A stretch of DNA of 64,000 bases from contig OZ220696.1 of the NCBI GenBank assembly GCA_965116495.1, positions 3,616,001 through 3,680,000 of the forward strand, written 5' to 3'. Position 1 is the first letter of the stretch, and every line of letters begins with the position of its first letter. The notes beneath the pieces were generated by a model. That model was not told the DNA's origin. It ran no database searches and saw nothing but the letters and a program-made list of their open reading frames with translations. A program made the position numbers and the translations under genes. The DNA is from Gammaproteobacteria bacterium (GTDB lineage: Bacteria; Pseudomonadota; Gammaproteobacteria; Eutrophobiales; Eutrophobiaceae). Of the stretch, positions 49,801 through 59,105 are shown piece after piece.

Positions 49801-52441
49801 ATTTGTCGTTGCCGGCGCGTCCTTCCAGTGTGTTGTTGTCGTTGTCCCCGGTCAGGGTGTCCACGTGAGCGGAACCGATGATGTTGTCGAATGTGTTGAA
49901 TGTGACCTTGTCGACGTCGCCATAGCCGTCGTTGCTGGCTCTGATTAAGTCGCTGTTGTTCCCGGTCCCTGCTCTCAGGTCGATAGTTACACCGCCATCG
50001 GAACTCTCGTAAGACAGGGTGTCTACGCCGCCGCCGCCGCCCAGGGTGTCGGCGCCGGCCAGTCCTTCGATGACGTTATTCTGGTCATCACCGGTTAGCT
50101 TATCGTCAAAAGCAGAGCCGATAAGGTTATCAAAATCAGTTACCCTGTCGCCGCGTGCGTCCCCAAAGTTAGCGCTTGAGTTAAGCGTTACTTCGACTTT
50201 GCCAGACGAACTCCGGTAGGAAACAGTGTCCACACCGCCGGAACCGCCGTTCAGCGTGTCGCCGCCAGGACCACCCTCAATAATATTGTCTCCGGCATCA
50301 CCTGTCAGGTTATCTATATCGGGGCTGCCGATGAGGTTTTCAATGTTCTTAAAAAAGTTTGTGGCTGTGGTGTTGCCTCTGTAAGTTACCACGGCGTTTG
50401 CCATTGTCACTGTGACACCGTTTCCATCACCATCTGCGTCATCATCCGAAAAGTCTGCAAAAGACAGCGTATCGCTGTCCTTGGTGCCGTCATCGTTCTC
50501 GCCACCGTCGAACACGCCTGCCGCCATTGTTCTGACTGCCTCTTCAGGCGGCTCTTTCCCGTTGGTAAAATCGAAGTAATCGACGATGATCACATCATTA
50601 CCAGGCCCGCCCTCGTAGCTATCCACGTCGGCGCCGCCGGCGAGGATGTCGTTGCCGCGCGCGCCGTACAGCACGTCGTTGCCGCCGCCGCCGTTCAGGT
50701 TGTCGTCCCGGGGCGTGCCGTGCAGGCGGTCCGGGTCGGGGTCGCCGGTTACGGGCGTGGCGCCATTTCCGCCATCGCCGCCATTTCCGCCGTTGCCACC
50801 ACTTCCGCCGTTGCCGGACCCACTGCCCGTGAATATAAAATCGTCTTCATCCACGCTGCTGACGTTTTCAAGCGTCAACTCGCCCCTGCCGGGCAGTTCA
50901 ATCTCGACGTTGTTGCCCCGTTCGGTGATACTGTCTTCCAGGTCACTGAAGTCGTCAATGCTGGAAATGGTGCTCAGGTCTATCTTGTCTTCACCGGGGG
51001 TGAAGTCTTCGATTACGTCGTCACCATCGCCGGAGCTGAACTTGAATGTATCCGCGCCGAACCCGCCGACCAGGTCGTCGTCACCGGCGCCGCCCTCCAG
51101 TATGTCATCGCCGTCCTCGCCCTCCAGGTCGTCGTTGCCGTTGCCGCCGATCAGTGTGTCGTCGCCGTCGCCGCCTTCCAGGTTGTCATTGTCGTTGCCG
51201 CCATCGATGGTGTCATCGCCGGCGCCGCCGAACAGGTCGTCCCTGCCGTCACCGCCAGACAGGGTGTCATCGTCGCCGTTGCCCTGCAATTCATCGTTAC
51301 CCGCGTCGCCGCTCAGGGTATCTTCGCCGTCGCCGCCTTCCAAGGTGTCGTTGCCGTCGCCGCCTCCCAGGTTGTCATCGCCGTCGCCACCTTCCAGGAG
51401 GTCGTTATGGGGGCCGCCCCTGAGCAGGTCGTTATCGTCGCCGCCGAACAGCCTGTCGTCGCCGCGCCCGCCGTAGAGCTTGTCGTCGCCGTCTTCGCCG
51501 TACAGCCTGTCGTCATTGGTGTTGTCGCCGCCCGGGCCGCCGTACAGCGTATCGTCGCCGTCGCCGCCGCGCAGGGTATTGGCCCGGGCATCGCCGGCCA
51601 GCACGTCGTCCTCGTCGGAACCGGTCAGGTCGATGATGTCCGGGAGCTGTACCGTCACCGACTGTCCGTTATCGGTGTAGGTGAAGGGAACCATACGCCC
51701 GAACGTATCGCCCTGGGCGTCGCCGCGGGCGGCTACCGGCCCGTGCAGACGCACGGTGACGCCGGCGTCAGAACGCGAGTAAGACGCGATATTCCTGCCG
51801 GTCCCGCCGATCAGCACGTCGGCGCCGGGGCCGCCTTCCAGGGTGTCGCCGCCGCTGCCGCCGTCCAGGATATCGTTGCCGCCGCGCCCGTTAATCGTGT
51901 CGCTGCCCCCAAGTCCATAGATGGTTTCTCCCTGCTCGGTGCCGTTCAGTGTCTCACTGGCGTTGGTCCCGGTAATATCAGGTCCGGGAGTCGGGTCGGG
52001 AGTCGGATCGGGTGTCGGGTCAGGTGTCGGTGCTGTCCCGCCGTCGAGGGCAACCGTCAGTTCATAAGCGCCTGAGTTGTCCCTGTTGGGGTTGGTGGAG
52101 TAACTGCTGGCGCTGAGGTAATAGGTGCCGGTGGTTGTCGCGGTATAGGTCAGTTCCGAATCGTAGATTCTTTGTGCCGTATTGATATCGTCGTTCTCGG
52201 CAAGGAGATTTCCCCTGGCATCGTACAGCTCGAGGATGGTGTCTTCCGCCTCGTCCCCTTTGCTTCCGCGGCCTGAAAGATTTATTTTGTAGGTTTGCCC
52301 CCGCTCCAGTTCTATCTCGATCCAGTCTTCATCGGACCTTTCGCTGAGGTTGCCGTTAAACGTATCGCCAACGGCCATGGTGTAGGTGGTTGCGCTACTT
52401 GCCGGTGCATCCCGTGAGGTGCTTTCGTTAACAGTTGCCAT
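46841..52441 (-). CDS. large RTX calcium-binding protein 4 (1866 aa)
   Basis: PPC-like N-terminal domain, PTPD linker, long GGDGDDxL arrays; own promoter TTGACA-17bp-TATATT near 52491-52519. Confidence 0.9.
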   Translation of the reverse strand: MATVNESTSRDAPASSATTYTMAVGDTFNGNLSERSDEDWIEIELERGQTYKINLSGRGSKGDEAEDTILELYDARGNLLAENDDINTAQRIYDSELTYTATTTGTYYLSASSYSTNPNRDNSGAYELTVALDGGTAPTPDPTPDPTPDPTPGPDITGTNASETLNGTEQGETIYGLGGSDTINGRGGNDILDGGSGGDTLEGGPGADVLIGGTGRNIASYSRSDAGVTVRLHGPVAARGDAQGDTFGRMVPFTYTDNGQSVTVQLPDIIDLTGSDEDDVLAGDARANTLRGGDGDDTLYGGPGGDNTNDDRLYGEDGDDKLYGGRGDDRLFGGDDNDLLRGGPHNDLLEGGDGDDNLGGGDGNDTLEGGDGEDTLSGDAGNDELQGNGDDDTLSGGDGRDDLFGGAGDDTIDGGNDNDNLEGGDGDDTLIGGNGNDDLEGEDGDDILEGGAGDDDLVGGFGADTFKFSSGDGDDVIEDFTPGEDKIDLSTISSIDDFSDLEDSITERGNNVEIELPGRGELTLENVSSVDEDDFIFTGSGSGNGGSGGNGGNGGDGGNGATPVTGDPDPDRLHGTPRDDNLNGGGGNDVLYGARGNDILAGGADVDSYEGGPGNDVIIVDYFDFTNGKEPPEEAVRTMAAGVFDGGENDDGTKDSDTLSFADFSDDDADGDGNGVTVTMANAVVTYRGNTTATNFFKNIENLIGSPDIDNLTGDAGDNIIEGGPGGDTLNGGSGGVDTVSYRSSSGKVEVTLNSSANFGDARGDRVTDFDNLIGSAFDDKLTGDDQNNVIEGLAGADTLGGGGGVDTLSYESSDGGVTIDLRAGTGNNSDLIRASNDGYGDVDKVTFNTFDNIIGSAHVDTLTGDNDNNTLEGRAGNDKLNGDGGNDILDGGPGGDTMDGGIGGDTVTYSNATEGVTVDLSSVSVNQTTNVTTIRNGSGRGDARGDTFIDIENFIGSPHDDTFIAGPEADDIDAGDGIDTISYERSRKPVDVTLPALGGGATALVGGIHANDGDSKDNYAQGDTLDNFENIIGSNRSGSNERVTDDDDEIHDKLIGNSSPNVIDGRGGDDKIQGGGGNDTLIGGSGNDFMTGGRGMDTFVISGRDTITDFGAGDKLSFGSSSRTLNLNYQFDSNELVITSGSQRVTIENIADTAGFNALTAANFIFSPDHHVKLTDNSPAGDGSTRGSTTILGGEGDNRLTGGSNADRIFGGGGDDTIEGRAGADELDGGEGGEENGDTLSYAGSPQRDRDPENNTQDTTGNAYRTGVTVVLNTSAVGPGTYADEDTNSNFENLIGSSRDDHLTGDGEANVIDGGGGNDTIAGGGSSTGMDTLKGGSGSDVITGGGTSKVEGGSGSDRLIGSTGDFLSYEGGSGVTVDLSDIDERPLSEAEMDRFDFGDTTTNLNIIKVSRGDASGDIATGFKHVIGSRSGDTLIGDDDPNELRGLGGNDTLTGKGGIDTLKGGAGNDTLNGGDGNDILDGGPGADKLNGDAQDSGGMDIATYASATEGVTVDLSGGRGGGDAAGDTYDGIEQYVGSRHDDVFIAGKEAHNITGGIGGLDTVSYERSVKGVEVNLTNTDAQDAGGDYDNPDNYAKDDMLAGIENIIGSNHDDELTGDDNNNVLDGGRGRDELTGGGGSDTFVFASGDGRDEVFGFEAADRIDLSAFSSIASMDDLDINPVGASDADTEIILPNRGVITLNGFVEGSLTPDNFIFYTKPISGNMGDHFNNEINGGRGDDVIYGEQGRDILNGGEGDDEIYGGEDKDIINGGEGNDLLDGGPGEDTFVFEPGHGNDHIMDFTPGTGGDKIDLTAFENITDIGPNLVQAREGDNTVITLADEDGETTTITLLGIGTDLGASDFMFFTA

Positions 52442-52596
52442 AATCGATGCCTCTTATGTCAAGTTATGGGAAAAACAGTATTATGACAGAAATATAATCA
52501 GAAAGTTCAGTCATGTCAAATGTTTAATAAATATTATTAAGGTTGAGAGTCAGTAGAGTATGTAATTCAGGACACCCATAAATATCTATTGTCATT

Positions 52597-52612
52597 TGTG
52601 ATAAAACTCACA
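52597..52612. promoter_or_regulatory. CRP-type box
   Basis: TGTGA-TAAAAC-TCACA, 18 bp upstream of TTGACA. Confidence 0.68.
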
Positions 52613-52728
52613 AACCCCGGCAAAAATCCGTTGACACTCCCCTTGCATACAACAATACTGACCGGTGTCGCTGGGGGCAGAATTGATTTCGCCCCTGGAA
52701 ATTCGTATCAAAAAAAGGAGTATTGCCC

Positions 52729-53217
52729 ATGCTGGAACATCAAGACAAACTTAACGGCAGCGCAACAGCATTCATCCGCGCGTTTTCCGATCTGATAAAA
52801 GATTCAACCTCACACTTGGCCACCAAGGATGATATCGACACGACCAATAAGAACATGCAGGCGCAGTTTGCCCGACAGGGAGAGAGAATAGGCTCTCTCA
52901 GCAAGGATATCGACACGACCAACAAAAACATGCAGGCGCAGTTTGCCCGGCAGGAAGAGAAAATAGGCTCTCTCAGCGAGGATATCGACACGACCAATAA
53001 GAACATGCAGGCGCAGTTTGCCCGGCAGGAAGAGAGAATGGGCTCTCTCAGCAAGGATATCGACACGACCAATAAGAACATGCAGGCGCAGTTTGCCCGG
53101 CAGGAAGAGAGAATGGGCTCTCTCAGCAAGGATATCGACACGACCAATAAGAACATGCAGGCGCAGTTTGCTCGACAAGAGGGGAAAATCGCCGAAATAG
53201 CCCGGAAACTGGATTGA
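52729..53217 (+). CDS. coiled-coil protein, family C, with five 25-aa (75-bp) repeats
   Basis: DIDTTNKNMQAQFARQ..GSLSK units begin at 52831, 52906, 52981, 53056 and 53131. Confidence 0.78.
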   Translation: MLEHQDKLNGSATAFIRAFSDLIKDSTSHLATKDDIDTTNKNMQAQFARQGERIGSLSKDIDTTNKNMQAQFARQEEKIGSLSEDIDTTNKNMQAQFARQEERMGSLSKDIDTTNKNMQAQFARQEERMGSLSKDIDTTNKNMQAQFARQEGKIAEIARKLD

Positions 53218-53606
53218 TCCCGGGGGGCTGACACACCACCCGGGCAAGAACGACCCGTCCCTCTCAGGACACCCATAAAGCTATCTCTCTGTGATCTCTG
53301 TGGCAAACAAAATCACTGACGCCAATCCGGATGGTAGCTTCGTCCCCTGATCAGCCCGGAGCAATCCAGGACATCCATGAATTACCGGGTTGCCTATGGA
53401 TTCTGGCGTTCGCCAGAATGACGTAATTCAGGACATCCTTAAATTATATTGCCTGCAAAAGGCGGTTACCCACAGTGGGTCCCCACATACACCTACACAC
53501 ATACACCCGCACGCATACATCCGGGGCGGTTCAACTTGACATACCGGGCGTTTCAATTAGAATATTTCGTCAACCTGACACGAAGAAATACCCAAGGAGA
53601 GAGAAT

Positions 53607-53870
53607 ATGAGCATAATGATTGCCGAAGTCTATGAAGCCCTGGTTGAAGCCGGGGCCTGTCCCGGCGTGGTGTTAGCCGGGGTATCCGAAGAAAAAGCGA
53701 AGGCGGCAGCCGGCGCCGTGCCTGCAGAAGACAGGCTGCCGTGAAAATCTGATATTCACCTTATTAAAACTGATATACAAGAGGTCTGGTCTGAACTGAA
53801 ACTGTTGAAATTCGCGGTACTCAGCCTCTATCCGTTTATACTTGCCATCACTTACAGAATATTTTCTTAG
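53607..53870 (+). pseudogene. frameshifted family D coiled-coil gene
   Basis: MSIMIAEVYEALVEAG.. then a shift near 53740 to ..KFAVLSLYPFILAITYRIFS, matching the 36344 gene. Confidence 0.7.
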
Positions 53871-53910
53871 CCCGGAAAAAACCGGACAGGTGACACACCG
53901 GTAATTCCAC

Positions 53911-55653
53911 ATGCAACTACGACTTCCAGGACAATCCGGCCCGTCAGAAGAAACCCAGTTGCAGGCGGCGTTGCGCCGTTGCCGCAAGGGTTTCGTGGGC
54001 GTGACGCTGTTCAGCGCGTTCGCCAACATATTGATGCTGGTGGCGCCGGTGTATATGTTGCAGATGTACGACCGGGTGCTGACCAGCGCCAGCTACGAGA
54101 CCTTGATCGTGCTGACGCTGGTGGCGGTATTCCTGCTGTCCTGCTTCGGCCTGCTGGACTGGGTACGCCAGCGCCTGATGGCGCGCATCGCCCTGTCCCT
54201 GAGCCACGAGGTGCAGGACGACGTGCTGGCCGGCGTGTTCCGCGGCAGCCTGCAGCGTTTCCGCCAGAGCGCGGACCAGCCGGTGCGCGACCTGGACTCG
54301 GTGCGCCAGTTCATTTCCAGTCCCCCTGCGATAGCCTTCTTCGATGCGCCCTGGGCGCCGGTGTTCATCGCCGCCATCTTCCTGATCCATCCCTGGCTCG
54401 GTTTCTTCGCGATATTTGCTGCGTTGTTCATCCTGTTCGTGGCCTTGTTGACCGAATGGACCTCGCGCGGACCGCTGCGCAACGCCTCGGAGCACACCGC
54501 GGAGTCCAACCGGTTTGTGGAGAGCAGCCTGCGCCATGCAGACGTGCTGCAAGCGATGGGCATGTTCGAGGGCTTTCGCCGGCGCTGGCGCGACAAGCAC
54601 GACCGCAGCGTTGCCTTCCAGGCCCGCGGCGGCTCCCGCATCAGCGCGTTGCTGGCCACCTCGAAGTCGGGCCGCCAGATCGTGCAGGTGGGTATACTGG
54701 GCATGGGCGCCTGGCTGGTGCTCAAGCAGCAGATCTCGCCGGGCATGATGATCGCCGCCTCCATTATCCTGGGACGCGCGCTGGCGCCCATCGAACAGGG
54801 CATATCGGCGTGGCGCGGTTTTATGTCCGCCCGCCAGGCCTGGCGCCGGCTCAATAACCTGCTGACGTCCGCGCCGCCGGCAAGGGATGGGGGCGCCACG
54901 AGTCTGCCCCGGCCTACGGGCAAGCTGGAGGTGGAGGGGGTATCCGCGGCGCCGCCCGGGACGACGACACTGGCCTTGAAGCGCGTGAATTTCACCCTGG
55001 AACCGGGTTCTTCTACCGGGCTCATCGGTCCCAGCGGCAGCGGCAAGAGCACCCTGGCCCGCCTGATGGTGGGCGTCTGGTCACCCCAGGGCGGGGTGGT
55101 GCGCCTGGACGGGGCGGCCATCGGCGACTGGCCGAGCGAGAGCCGTTTCCGCCACGTGGGTTACCTGCCCCAGGAGGTGGAACTGTTCGAGGGCACCGTG
55201 GCCGAGAACATAGCCCGCCTGTCGGAACCGGATGATGATGCGGTGCTCGCCGCGGCGCAGCAGTCTGGCAGCCATGACATGGTCATGCGCCTGCCGCAGA
55301 ACTACAACACGCCCATCGCCGCGGGCGGCGCCAACCTGTCAGCCGGGCAGCGCCAGCGCGTGGCCCTGGCGCGGGCCCTGTACGGCGACCCGGCCCTGGT
55401 AATACTGGACGAACCGGACGCAAACCTGGATACCGACGGGGAGGTGGCACTGAGCAACACCTTGCGCGACCTGACCCAGCGCGGCGTCACCACCCTGATG
55501 GTGACCCACAACTTCCGCCTGCTGCGCATGATCGAACACATACTGGTCCTGAAGGAGGGCGTCCTGCTGGAGAGCGGCCCCCGCGACGAGGTCCTGAAAC
55601 GCTTCATGCGCCCGGCCCCCGCCACCGAGAAAAAAGCCCAGGCTGGAAGCTGA
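53911..55653 (+). CDS. type I secretion ABC permease/ATPase (PrtD/RsaD family)
   Basis: YMLQMYDRVL, FFDAPW, GPSGSGKST, LSAGQRQR, ILDEP. Confidence 0.93.
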   Translation: MQLRLPGQSGPSEETQLQAALRRCRKGFVGVTLFSAFANILMLVAPVYMLQMYDRVLTSASYETLIVLTLVAVFLLSCFGLLDWVRQRLMARIALSLSHEVQDDVLAGVFRGSLQRFRQSADQPVRDLDSVRQFISSPPAIAFFDAPWAPVFIAAIFLIHPWLGFFAIFAALFILFVALLTEWTSRGPLRNASEHTAESNRFVESSLRHADVLQAMGMFEGFRRRWRDKHDRSVAFQARGGSRISALLATSKSGRQIVQVGILGMGAWLVLKQQISPGMMIAASIILGRALAPIEQGISAWRGFMSARQAWRRLNNLLTSAPPARDGGATSLPRPTGKLEVEGVSAAPPGTTTLALKRVNFTLEPGSSTGLIGPSGSGKSTLARLMVGVWSPQGGVVRLDGAAIGDWPSESRFRHVGYLPQEVELFEGTVAENIARLSEPDDDAVLAAAQQSGSHDMVMRLPQNYNTPIAAGGANLSAGQRQRVALARALYGDPALVILDEPDANLDTDGEVALSNTLRDLTQRGVTTLMVTHNFRLLRMIEHILVLKEGVLLESGPRDEVLKRFMRPAPATEKKAQAGS

Positions 55654-55654
55654 C

Positions 55655-55860
55655 AACATCGTCATCCCGTCCCATCCGTCGTTCTGTCCGTCGTTCCGGG
55701 CATGACCCGGAACCCACATCGTCATCCCGTCCCGTCCGTCATCCCGCCCCATCCGTCATCCCGCCCCATCCGTCGTTCCGTCCCATCCGTCGTTCTGTCC
55801 CATCCGTCGTTCCGGCGAAAGCCGGAACCCAGAGCGTAGATTCCTGCTCTCGCAGGAATG
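55655..55860. repeat. CGTC-type REP cluster with degenerate tandem CATCCGTC(G/A)T units
   Basis: CGTCGTTCCGGCGAAAGCCGGAACCCAG and partial tandem copies. Confidence 0.75.
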
Positions 55861-55979
55861 ACTATCGTTCGCAAATGACGATCGTCCACAGGAATGACGA
55901 TAGTTCGCAGGAATAGTACATACTTGTCATCATAGCTGTTAGACTATCCGCATTATTTATCAGCAGTACGAGCTAGCTT

Positions 55980-57428
55980 ATGGTTGCAGAAGCAAAACAA
56001 GTTCCACTGGCCCTGTTCACTAAAGTGGCAGGCGAGTGGTTGCAGCGCCTGTCCGGGTACGTCGTCTCCCTTATCCGGGGGCCGAAGGAGGAGGAAGTCG
56101 GGCTGTCCCTGGATGCCTCGGACGAGAAGCAGGAACTGCAGAGGTTACTGAACCGCGACGTGGTCATGCGCCGGGGCATCATCGTGATCGTCATCGCCCT
56201 GGGCGGGTTCCTGGCCTGGGCCACGCTGGCGCCCCTGACCGAGGGCGTGGTGGCCATGGGCACCGTGGTGGTGGACACGGAGCACAAGACCATCCAGCAC
56301 CTGGAGGGTGGCATCGTCGAGAACCTGTACGTGCGCGAGGGCAGCGAGGTCAAGGCCGGCGACGTCCTCGTCGAACTGAGCGAGACCCAGAACCGCGCCC
56401 AGTTGGAGCTGCTGGAGAGCCGCTATTACGGGCGCCTGGCGGAGATCGACCGCCTGAACGCCGAACGCCTGTTGCAGGACGAGATCTCCTTTTCCGACGA
56501 GTTGCTGGCGCTGCGCGACGGCCCGATGATCGCGAAAATCCTGACCGAGCAGGAGAAACTGTTCGAGGTGCGGCGCCGTCAATACCACGGTCAGATCGAG
56601 ATCCTGCGCCACCGTATCGGCCAGCTTGAGGAGCAGGTGCGCGGCCAGGACGCGAGCCGGGAGGCCCTGTTGCGCGAGCAGGCCTTGATCGAGCAGGACC
56701 TGGAAAGCCTGGTTGCCCTGAAGGAACAGCAACTGGTGGACGAGGGTGTGCTCATCGGCCGGCAGCGCGAGTATGAACAGAATGTCGGCAGGCTCGGCAG
56801 CATCGTCGCGGACATTGCCTCGACCCGGGTAAAGATTGGCGAGACCCGCCAGGAGATCCTCCAGATCGAGAACGGCTGGGTTACGGAGGTATCCGACCAG
56901 ATCGCCGCGGCGCAGCAGCAGTGGTTCGAGACCCGCGAGCGCATCAACGCGGTGTCGGACGTGCTGGAGCGTACCACCATCGTGGCGCCCCAGGACGGCA
57001 AGGTCATCGGCCTGTCCGTCCACACCCTGGGCGGGGTGATCCCGCCGGGCAGTGCTATTATGAACATCGTGCCGACTGAAGACCGGCTCATGGTGGAGGG
57101 CCAGGTGCGGCCCCTCGATGTCGATAACGTGTATCCGGGCCAGACTGCCAGGTTACGCTTTTCTGCCTTCAGTTGGCGCACCACGCCGCAGGTTGAAGGC
57201 GCGGTTGATCGAGTCTCACCAGATGCTTTCCGCGACGAGGAGGTAGGCAGCGCCTACTATATCGCCCGGATCGTGGTGTCGGAGGAAGAAATGGCGAAGC
57301 TGGGCGATGTCACCATCGGCCCCGGTATGCCAGTTGACATCATGTTCACCGGCGGTGAACGCACCGCCTGGTCGTACCTATCCGATCCGCTGACAGATAT
57401 CATGGACAAGGCCTTGGTAGAAGAATGA
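55980..57428 (+). CDS. type I secretion membrane fusion protein (HlyD/PrtE family)
   Basis: TM segment, IQHLEGGIV, IVAPQDGKV, PGMPV. Confidence 0.93.
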   Translation: MVAEAKQVPLALFTKVAGEWLQRLSGYVVSLIRGPKEEEVGLSLDASDEKQELQRLLNRDVVMRRGIIVIVIALGGFLAWATLAPLTEGVVAMGTVVVDTEHKTIQHLEGGIVENLYVREGSEVKAGDVLVELSETQNRAQLELLESRYYGRLAEIDRLNAERLLQDEISFSDELLALRDGPMIAKILTEQEKLFEVRRRQYHGQIEILRHRIGQLEEQVRGQDASREALLREQALIEQDLESLVALKEQQLVDEGVLIGRQREYEQNVGRLGSIVADIASTRVKIGETRQEILQIENGWVTEVSDQIAAAQQQWFETRERINAVSDVLERTTIVAPQDGKVIGLSVHTLGGVIPPGSAIMNIVPTEDRLMVEGQVRPLDVDNVYPGQTARLRFSAFSWRTTPQVEGAVDRVSPDAFRDEEVGSAYYIARIVVSEEEMAKLGDVTIGPGMPVDIMFTGGERTAWSYLSDPLTDIMDKALVEE

Positions 57429-58909
57429 ATATTTTTCGTCGTTCCTGCAAGCCCGTCGTTCCGGGCTCATTTCTCGTTCCGGGATCGTTCGTCGTCCCGG
57501 GCTCATTCGTCGTTCCGGGCTCGTTCGCCGTTCCGGGCCTGACCCGGAACCCAGTCCGTCATTCCGGCGAACGCCGGAACCTGGACCATACACTGGATTC
57601 CTGCTTTCGCGGGAATGGCGGGGACTATGCATTCTCTCTTGTCATTCTGCTCCTTTCCCTGTCCCTGTTCCTGGTACAGCCTGCCATCGCCGACGAGACG
57701 ACAGCCGACGCTTACACCTTGTCGCAGGCGTTTCTCGACACCCTGGCGCGGGACGCCCGGGTGCAGGCGGCAGAGAACCGCGTAGCCGAGGCGCGCGAGA
57801 GGCTGGTAGAGGTGAACAGCAGTCGCCGCCCATCGCTTACGGTATCGGGCATCACCGGGTACAGTCATAATCGCAGCGAGGCGCGCTTTACGCAGGTTTA
57901 TGAGGGCGAGACATACCGGGGCAGGCTGAATTTGAACCAGAACCTGTACACCTTCGGCCGTCTGGAAGGCCGCCAGCGCCGCGCTGAGGCAGAGATCGCC
58001 GAGGCGGAGTACGCCTTTGAGGAAGTGCGCCAGGAAGTCCTGGCGGAGGTCGCCCGCGCCTTTTCCGAGCAATTATTCCGGGAACGCATTTACGAGAGCC
58101 GGAACGCCTTCGAGTTGCTGCTGGGCGAACTGGAAGGCACCGCGCGCAGCCGCATCGAGTTGGGCACCCTGGATCGCACCGAATTGTTTGAAGTCCTGCG
58201 CCGCCGTCACCAGGCCAAGGCACTACGTATCGAGGCTCGTTCCCGTTACCGGGTGGCGAAGGCCCAGTTGTCGCGCCTCACCGGGTCGAGCCATGACAGC
58301 CTTGCGCCCACCTCCCTGGCGGGTCTTGAACTGGTGACTCCGGCCAATCTCGAGTATGCGCTGAATCAGGCCGAGAGCCGGTCTCCCTCCCTGCTGCGCG
58401 CGCGCATGCGCCTGGAGGCGGCCGAGGGTGAACTGGATTTCCGCAAGGCCGAACTCTGGCCGACCCTGAGCCTGGAGGTGAACGCCAGCGCCGGCCACTT
58501 CGGGCAGATCGATACCCGCGACATCGTCGGCGGTGTCAACCTGTCGGTACCAATCTATGAAGGCGGTCTCAAACGTTCACAGTTGCGCGGCGCCAAGCTG
58601 GCGGTGGAGACCGCGCGCCGGGAACTGACCGCGGAACGGGAACAGATCGACATCGACGTGCGCTCGAACTGGGACCTGCTGCAGGGACTGATCCTTGCCC
58701 TGCGCGAATTCGAGGGCGCCGTCACGGATATGGAAGAGGTCTTAGAACTGACCGGCAGCAAGCTGGACGTTGGCCGCGCCACCTTTGTGCAACACATCGA
58801 AGCCCGTGAAGACGCCCTGGAAGTCGAGTTCGAACTGCTCAACAGCCACCTGCGCCTGGAAGAAACCCGCATCGCCCTGCTCCGTCTCCTGGCACAGCTC
58901 ACCCCTTGA
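57425..58909 (+). CDS. TolC-family outer membrane protein with a REP-derived N-terminal insert
   Basis: Two OEP repeats (PSLTVS..QNLYTFG; PTLSL..VPIYEGG); ATGA overlap with the MFP gene. Confidence 0.88.
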   Translation: MNIFRRSCKPVVPGSFLVPGSFVVPGSFVVPGSFAVPGLTRNPVRHSGERRNLDHTLDSCFRGNGGDYAFSLVILLLSLSLFLVQPAIADETTADAYTLSQAFLDTLARDARVQAAENRVAEARERLVEVNSSRRPSLTVSGITGYSHNRSEARFTQVYEGETYRGRLNLNQNLYTFGRLEGRQRRAEAEIAEAEYAFEEVRQEVLAEVARAFSEQLFRERIYESRNAFELLLGELEGTARSRIELGTLDRTELFEVLRRRHQAKALRIEARSRYRVAKAQLSRLTGSSHDSLAPTSLAGLELVTPANLEYALNQAESRSPSLLRARMRLEAAEGELDFRKAELWPTLSLEVNASAGHFGQIDTRDIVGGVNLSVPIYEGGLKRSQLRGAKLAVETARRELTAEREQIDIDVRSNWDLLQGLILALREFEGAVTDMEEVLELTGSKLDVGRATFVQHIEAREDALEVEFELLNSHLRLEETRIALLRLLAQLTP

Positions 58910-58914
58910 TATTG

Positions 58915-59030
58915 CCGTTCCAACTTCGTCGTTCCGGCCCAATCCGTCGTTCCGACCAGGTCCGTCGTTCCGGCCCAATCCGTCGTTCCGGCCCAATCCG
59001 TCGTTCCGGGCTTGACCCGGAACCCAGACC
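58915..59030. repeat. tandem 18-bp REP-end units (CGTCGTTCCGGCCCAATC) plus a full REP
   Basis: Directly visible; an inverted REP follows the GIY-YIG gene at 59397-59423. Confidence 0.8.
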
Positions 59031-59105
59031 TCCAAAGGAGCGGTACCTGCACCGCAATGGGGCAGATTTTACATGTATCAGAAACAGGAAAACAAAGGAG
59101 AGCGT

